Assembly (NCBI GenBank): GCA_965208105.1
Contig: OZ242318.1
Span: 160,001-224,000, forward strand
Source of the DNA: Candidatus Latescibacterota bacterium
GTDB lineage: Bacteria > Latescibacterota > UBA2968 > UBA8231
Length of the DNA stretch: 64,000 bases
Direction of reading: 5' to 3'
The notes beneath the pieces are model-generated. The model saw only the letters and a list, made by a program, of their open reading frames with translations. It was not told where the DNA came from and did no database searches. Below are positions 58,291 through 64,000 of this stretch, piece by piece (position 1 is the first letter of the stretch; each line of letters opens with the position of its first letter). The translations under genes were made by a program, and so were the position numbers.

Positions 58291-61200
58291 GCGCCCGGCT
58301 CCTGCCGGCGCGCCTGCCACCACAATCCCCCAACGACGAGGACGGTCACGGCCAGCAGGACGACGCCATGGGCCTGGTAGGTCGCCGCCGGCTGATCCAG
58401 CAGTGCCAGGGCGCGGGTCAGGGCGGAGGACAAGAAGCCGGTGAGGATGTAGGCGGCGATATTGTCGCGCAGAAGGCCGGCCACCACGGCGAGGAAGAAG
58501 GCGGCCTTCAGCAGGAAGAGTCCGAGCCCGAGGTAGAATTCTCCGGCGTTGAGGGCGCCGGACCCCGAGAACAGGGACCCCAGCCCCACTACCGCGAGGA
58601 CGACGTAGAGCGGCCTGCGCAAAACCCGGCGCAGGTAGTAGATGCCGGCGCCGAGGACGACAGGCAGCGCCACGGCCTGCCCCAGGGAAGTGCCGAGGCC
58701 GCTCCAGAACGGCAGCCATGCGTCCAGACCGGCAGCCGCCGCGAGGGCAGGGGCGGTGACATAGGGAGCGAAATGGTCCTGCAGCAGCAGGGTGAGGCGC
58801 TCCAGGGCGCGCTGCCCCGCGAAGATCAGCGCGGCGGCCAGCAAGGCGTCCCGCAGGCAGGCGCTGCCCCACTGCCACCGGAGTTTTTCCCTCCAGTCGG
58901 GATAGAGGCTGGTGGCCATGGCCAGGGCGGCCACCACCAGCAGGCCGATGGCGATTGTCTGCACCGCCGCCAGGGAGATCTTCTCGACCAGGAAGACGGC
59001 GGTTGAGTACTCGGTGGGGTAGCCCCGATAGAAGGTGGGCAGGCCGTTCAGCCACCCGATCAAGGTGACGGCGCAGGCGATGCCGCCGATCCTGAGCAGG
59101 GGGGCCCAGGCCAGGCCGGGTCCGCGCACCCGGCGGACCAGCAGCCACAGGAGGTGAAGGACGAGTCCCGTGACCACCGCGATTCCGGTCCCCTCGAGAA
59201 CTGCGCGCAGGGTGGTGCTCTCCCTCCTGGCGCGGACCCAGCTTTCCGGAAGCTTGGCGTAGCGCTTCAGCTTCGCCGGCTGGTCCCCGGCCACGGTAAC
59301 CTCGCAGCGGTATTTGAGCTCACCCACGTTGCGCGGGTCTCCTTCCCGAGCCTCCCAGATGAAGCGGTGGTCGCGGCGCGCCTCGAGCTTCTCGGCGGAT
59401 GCCTCCTTCAGATCGAATTCTTCCGCGCTCAGGCCGTGGTCCTCCAGGTGGGCGGCGGCGACGGCGCGCGCCTCCTCCTCTCCCAGGTCGGCTCCGGGCG
59501 CCTCCTCCTCCAGGTGGTGGCGGACCGCGTACACGGAGCCGTCGCCCGGGTCCACGTCCACCTGGAATTCCTCCTTGTGCAGCGGCCGGAAGAAGCGCAC
59601 CCGCCAGACCCCAGGCAGCAGGTGGTCCGGATAGAGCCGGTTTACGCCCGGCACCCCCTCGTGCTCCAGGACGTACTTGATCGCCCGGGAGTCGTGCTGC
59701 CGGACGTGATAGGCGACCACCTTGTATTCACCCGTTTCGATTCCCCTGCCGCCGAGATGGGCGGCTGCGATCTCCCGGGCGCGGTGGCGGTCGATGGCCA
59801 CGGCGGCGGAGTCCAGCGGCCGTTCCACCGGGGCCAGATAGACGCCCAGGGAGGCGAGCACGAGGACCGCGGCGATGACCACGTGGCGGCGGGACAGGGG
59901 GGAGTAGATTCCCCGGCCACCTCCGGCCGGCTCCGCCCCGACCGGGGGCTCGGCATCGGAGGGGGCCTGCTGCTCTGCCGGGGCCGGCGATTGCACGGCA
60001 TCGAGCTCGCGGTTGAGCAGGGGAGCCGGGTCGGCGAAGGAGCGGTGGCGCAGGTAGAGCAGCAGGGCGAGGAGAAGGGGAAGGAGCATGATGCCCACCG
60101 AGATGGCGGCGGAGACGACGAAGTAGGGATTGCTGGAGCGCAGCAGGATGAGGGCGGTGTATAGCGCGTCCACCGTGTAGTGCCAGACCAGGGCGGGCAG
60201 GATGCCCCAGCGAATCATCACCAGGCCGACGACGACGCCGGCGATGCCCACCTCCAGGCCCCGGATGAAGAATGGCTGCTGCGGGTAACCGGCGTGGGCG
60301 AATCCCCAGATCGCGGCGGCGATGACGATGGCGGCCCAGCGCGACCTGAGGTACTTGTGCAGGAAGGGGATCGAGAAGGCCCTCGAGATGAACTCCTCGG
60401 AGACGGCGGGCATGAAGCCGATGAGCAGCACCACGGTCCAGGGGAAGTAGGTGTTGACCATCTCGCTGTAGGGGATGTCGGCGGGACTCCAGGCGCCGAA
60501 CTTCTCGGCGACGAGATAGAAGACGGTCTGGTAGGCGAGGAAGAAGGCGGTCATGGCGAGGCCGATGACGGTCCCCAGCAAGAAGCGCTTGGTGCGCAGG
60601 CCGCGCAGCACGAACTGCCGGCCGATGCCTATCTGGTTGCCGTATGCGCGCCGGTAGACCGGTTCGGCCGCCGCGGTCAGAAAGAAGATGAAAATCCCGG
60701 CGGAAAGGGCGCTCGCCAGGCTGCCCACGAGCTGCCCGGTCAGAAAGCTGCCGAAGGTCTCTGTGGTGTCGTAGCCGTAGGCTGTAAGCGGTAGAACGTT
60801 GAGATTGGCCAGAAGGGTGAGGACGGCGGCCACGGCGCCGAAGATTGTGGCGGTCCTCCAGCGTACGTCGCGCTTGCGGATGGCGCCGAACAGCACGACC
60901 AGCATGGCGATCATGGTGAGCGCCAGGAGGATCTGGGCGACGATGCCGGTGGCCTCGTTGTGGGAGCGCAGCTGGCGGTACTCCCGTTCCCAGGCCTCGG
61001 GTATCTTGAGGTACTCCTTGAAGCTGCCTACCTGGTCTCCGAGGATTCCCAGGCGCAGCCGGTAGGTTGCGCCGTTCACCTCGAAGTCCGCCAGCTTGTA
61101 GGTGAAGGAGTGGTCGGTGCGGTTCCTGCGCTCGATGCTCTCGGCTTCGACGAACTCAAGCTTGTCGAGGCTGCGCCCGAGGGTGCGGGAAAGATACCCC

Positions 61201-61661
61201 TCCGCCAGCTTTCGGGCCTCGCCCTGGCTCAGCCGCGCTCCCTCGCCGTCCTCCTCGACCAGGTGGTCGAAGCCGACGAGTTCGCCGGTGGTGGTGATGC
61301 GCACGCGGAACTCCTCCTTCTGCAGCTCCCGCACCCAGCGGTTGCTCCAGGTCCACAGGCGCACGGGATCCCCGATCAGGCCGCTGGCGCCTTCGAGCCC
61401 AAGCTCGCGCTCCAGAAAGGTCTTGGCCGCCGAGTCGTAGCTGAAGATCGCGCTGTGGCGAAAGCCCTCCATGTCCAGGCCGCGTTCCTGGAGAAAGCCG
61501 AGTGCCTGGTCGCGCGCCTGCTCCCGGGTGATCTTGAAGTCTATGGATGCTTCGGGGAAGGCGCGGTAGAAATAGTGGCTGCCCACCGCCAGGGACAGGG
61601 CGGCGACGAGGCCGCAGGCGAGGACCAGGAGAAGATCCTTTTTCTGAAAATACCGTTCCAT
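58281..61661 (-). CDS. CPBP-family intramembrane metalloprotease with tandem-duplicated architecture
   Basis: EEFISR, WGFAH and WHYTVD motifs in the first half; a similar extracytoplasmic domain appears twice. Confidence 0.8.
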   Translation of the reverse strand: MERYFQKKDLLLVLACGLVAALSLAVGSHYFYRAFPEASIDFKITREQARDQALGFLQERGLDMEGFRHSAIFSYDSAAKTFLERELGLEGASGLIGDPVRLWTWSNRWVRELQKEEFRVRITTTGELVGFDHLVEEDGEGARLSQGEARKLAEGYLSRTLGRSLDKLEFVEAESIERRNRTDHSFTYKLADFEVNGATYRLRLGILGDQVGSFKEYLKIPEAWEREYRQLRSHNEATGIVAQILLALTMIAMLVVLFGAIRKRDVRWRTATIFGAVAAVLTLLANLNVLPLTAYGYDTTETFGSFLTGQLVGSLASALSAGIFIFFLTAAAEPVYRRAYGNQIGIGRQFVLRGLRTKRFLLGTVIGLAMTAFFLAYQTVFYLVAEKFGAWSPADIPYSEMVNTYFPWTVVLLIGFMPAVSEEFISRAFSIPFLHKYLRSRWAAIVIAAAIWGFAHAGYPQQPFFIRGLEVGIAGVVVGLVMIRWGILPALVWHYTVDALYTALILLRSSNPYFVVSAAISVGIMLLPLLLALLLYLRHRSFADPAPLLNRELDAVQSPAPAEQQAPSDAEPPVGAEPAGGGRGIYSPLSRRHVVIAAVLVLASLGVYLAPVERPLDSAAVAIDRHRAREIAAAHLGGRGIETGEYKVVAYHVRQHDSRAIKYVLEHEGVPGVNRLYPDHLLPGVWRVRFFRPLHKEEFQVDVDPGDGSVYAVRHHLEEEAPGADLGEEEARAVAAAHLEDHGLSAEEFDLKEASAEKLEARRDHRFIWEAREGDPRNVGELKYRCEVTVAGDQPAKLKRYAKLPESWVRARRESTTLRAVLEGTGIAVVTGLVLHLLWLLVRRVRGPGLAWAPLLRIGGIACAVTLIGWLNGLPTFYRGYPTEYSTAVFLVEKISLAAVQTIAIGLLVVAALAMATSLYPDWREKLRWQWGSACLRDALLAAALIFAGQRALERLTLLLQDHFAPYVTAPALAAAAGLDAWLPFWSGLGTSLGQAVALPVVLGAGIYYLRRVLRRPLYVVLAVVGLGSLFSGSGALNAGEFYLGLGLFLLKAAFFLAVVAGLLRDNIAAYILTGFLSSALTRALALLDQPAATYQAHGVVLLAVTVLVVGGLWWQARRQEPGAAW

Positions 61662-61734
61662 TTCAATCTCCGCGGCGAATTCGGGCGGCCGGTGTGCCCG
61701 CGCCGCCTGTCCGGGCGGCAGCCGCCCGGTCCCT

Positions 61735-62631
61735 TCAGGAGCTGCAGGTCGAGAACAACATGCTCAGGTCCAGGGCCGGGGCCGAGTGGGTGAGGGCGCC
61801 GATGGAAATCAGGTCCACCCCGGTCTGGGCGACCTGGCGCACGTTGTCCAGGGTGACGTTGCCGGTGGCCTCGATCTCCATACCCGGATGGGCTCGGCGG
61901 ATGAGGAGGACCGCGCGGCGCATCAGCTCGATCGACATATTGTCGAGCAGGATGCGGTCCGGGCGCAGCGGCAGCAGGCTCTCGACCTCCCGGAGGTCGC
62001 GGGCTTCTACGAAGAGTTCCACCCCTTCCTTCCGGTTTTCGCGCGCCGCCGCGCGCGCCAGGCGCAGGGCGGCGTCCACGCCGCCGGCGGAGACCGCGTG
62101 GTTCTCCTTGATCAGGACCGCGTCGAACAGCCCCATCCGGTGGCTGACTCCGCCGCCCAGGCGGACCGCGTGTTTCTCCAGCAGGCGCAGGCCGGGCAGG
62201 GTCTTGCGGGTGTCGGTTATCCGCGCCCGGGTGCCGGCCACCGCCTCCACGAAAGCCCGGGTCAGGGTGGCCACCCCGCAGAGGTGCTGGAGCAGGTTGA
62301 GGGCGCTGCGCTCGCCGGTTAGAAGAGGCCTTGCCGGGCCTTCCAGGCGGGCGATCACGGCATGGGCGCATACCTGGCCTCCCTCCTCTTCCACGGCTTC
62401 GAAGGAGATGTCGGCGTCCAGTCGGTTAAATACGGCGGCGGCGGCCCCGAGGCCGGCGACGACCCCGGGGGCCTTGGCCAGGATGGTGGCGACGGCGCGG
62501 TGTCGAGGGGAGACGGTCCATGACGTGGTGAGGTCGGCGGATGCCTCGACCGCCCCGGGTCCGAGGTCTTCGGCCAGGGCCATCTCCGCGACAGCGGCGA
62601 GCTCGGCGGAGGTGGGAGAGTTCGAGGTCAT
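61735..62631 (-). CDS. nadC: Nicotinate-nucleotide diphosphorylase (carboxylating)
   Basis: ERSALN, DTRKTLPG, HRMGL, LIKENH, LLDN and GALTHS motifs. Confidence 0.95.
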   Translation of the reverse strand: MTSNSPTSAELAAVAEMALAEDLGPGAVEASADLTTSWTVSPRHRAVATILAKAPGVVAGLGAAAAVFNRLDADISFEAVEEEGGQVCAHAVIARLEGPARPLLTGERSALNLLQHLCGVATLTRAFVEAVAGTRARITDTRKTLPGLRLLEKHAVRLGGGVSHRMGLFDAVLIKENHAVSAGGVDAALRLARAAARENRKEGVELFVEARDLREVESLLPLRPDRILLDNMSIELMRRAVLLIRRAHPGMEIEATGNVTLDNVRQVAQTGVDLISIGALTHSAPALDLSMLFSTCSS

Positions 62632-62780
62632 GGCTCGAGTTGGTTTCCCGTTGTCGGAATTGGGAAGAGGTGGAGGATGGGTCGGGGTGAATGGTAAGAG
62701 AGCCGCCACCCCCTGTCAAACGGATGGAGGGCGGTGGAGCCGGATGACAAATGGAATACTGAGAATTATATTCTGAAACG

Positions 62781-64000
62781 ATGTGGACGACCGTATGGAC
62801 GCGGAGAGAAACTCGAGGAATCGGACGCCATACCGCGGACTCCCGCGGACCTGGGTCCTGCCTTACGGCGGGGCTGCAGGCGTCGGGTCGAGAGGCACCC
62901 GGACCCGGTCTCGGGTGCCCGCACCGGTTTCGCCAAGGCCTGTCGATTCCCGCATGGGTGTGTTTGACCCTCGCCGCGTCCGCGCTCTGGCTGCAGGCTT
63001 GCATGCCCTGGAGAGGGGCCCCGTCCCGGGAGCCCGAGCCGCAGCAGGCCGCGGCGGAGCTGGCAAGGCTGGTCGCCCCGGCACCCGAAAGCGGAGAGAT
63101 CGCCGTCCTTGGACTGCTCGACGAGGCGGGCAGGCAGACGGCCGCCACCAGGCTCGTGGACGAGTACCTGCGGGAAGCACTGGAGGAGGCTGGCGCCGCC
63201 CTGGTGACGGACGTGGAAGGGGACCCGTGGGATGAGGTGGAGGCGGTTCCGGCAGCTCGGTGGGAGGATCTGGGAGCTTCCCTGGTAATAGGGGGAAGGT
63301 TGCACTCGGGCACCACCTGGTCCTATCTGCGCCTCCTCGCCATCGACGGGGCGAGCGGCCGGGTAGTCGCCAGGGGAACCAGAAGGCTGGACCAGCGCCG
63401 GCTAACCGCCGAGGTGGACCGGCGCGGAAGGCGGCAGGGCAGCTCTCCCGCCAGGGGAGAGCTGCAGGTGGATCTCCACCTTCTCGGCCTGCGCAGCGAA
63501 GGCGGCTGGGCCCAGCCCGCGGCCATCGCCGAAGGTGGTTTGCTGCAGTTGGGTGACCGCGTGCAAATTCGCTTCAAAACGGCCGCGGACTGCGAGGTTT
63601 ACGCCTTTCTCTACAGTTCACAGGCCGAGGTGGAGGAGGTTTTCGCGCCCCGGTTCGTCTACGCCGGGAGGATGCACTACGGTCCGGGTGAGAACGTCTG
63701 GATAACGCTGAATCGTCCCGACCGAGCCTACACCCTCTACTTCATCGCCGCCGAGCGCCTCAACGAGGACAGGGAGAGGTTGTTCGAAGCCATGGCCGAG
63801 CTCGTCGAGCAGGGACAGGCGGGAGGCCGGGCGGGAATGGAGAGGCTGGACCGGGTTCTGGTGGAAATCCTGCAGCGCGAGGTCGAGGGTGATGAGGAGA
63901 TCGAGGTCCTGCGCGGTCTGGACGCTGTCGAGAGGGGAGAGACGGTGGATTTCATCCTCGCCGACGGAACCCCTCTTGAAAGCCGCCCTGAAAAGCTGAT
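62781..64000 (+). CDS. Probable lipoprotein with DUF4384-like domain, 3' truncated (not in ORF track)
   Basis: Frame runs off the window. Hydrophobic stretch with LQAC lipobox near 62990; GDRVQIRFKTAADCEVYAFLYSS resembles DUF4384. True start uncertain. Confidence 0.55.
   Translation, partial: MWTTVWTRRETRGIGRHTADSRGPGSCLTAGLQASGREAPGPGLGCPHRFRQGLSIPAWVCLTLAASALWLQACMPWRGAPSREPEPQQAAAELARLVAPAPESGEIAVLGLLDEAGRQTAATRLVDEYLREALEEAGAALVTDVEGDPWDEVEAVPAARWEDLGASLVIGGRLHSGTTWSYLRLLAIDGASGRVVARGTRRLDQRRLTAEVDRRGRRQGSSPARGELQVDLHLLGLRSEGGWAQPAAIAEGGLLQLGDRVQIRFKTAADCEVYAFLYSSQAEVEEVFAPRFVYAGRMHYGPGENVWITLNRPDRAYTLYFIAAERLNEDRERLFEAMAELVEQGQAGGRAGMERLDRVLVEILQREVEGDEEIEVLRGLDAVERGETVDFILADGTPLESRPEKL

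Overview
GC-rich bacterial chromosomal window. The short RpoD-type sigma factor lacking region 1.1 weakly suggests the FCB group (Latescibacterota/Gemmatimonadota-like). The left half is mostly catabolic: YhaO/YhaN nuclease-ATPase pair, sialidase-like protein, two sulfatases, GH95 fucosidase, Opp-type ABC importer, O-demethylase, dioxygenase and amidohydrolase. The right half has a sigma54-driven phage-shock (pspA) operon with its own TPR histidine kinase and a receiver-domain PspF-like activator, an iscU-sodA-peroxiredoxin operon, rny, dxr, fadN, a sigma factor, tRNA-Asn, proS, an oxygenase cluster and nadC. The most striking signal is non-coding. A ~162-bp hairpin MITE occurs 4 times plus one remnant, usually overlapping a gene's stop codon. 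An IS110/IS1111-type element (21888-23435) sits exactly in the terminal repeat of one copy. Its 3' non-coding region folds into a two-loop bridge-RNA architecture whose loop sequences match the MITE end (target) and the element's own circle junction (donor). A second, different MITE-like element shares a short core motif. All calls come from reading the sequence by eye; no searches were run.
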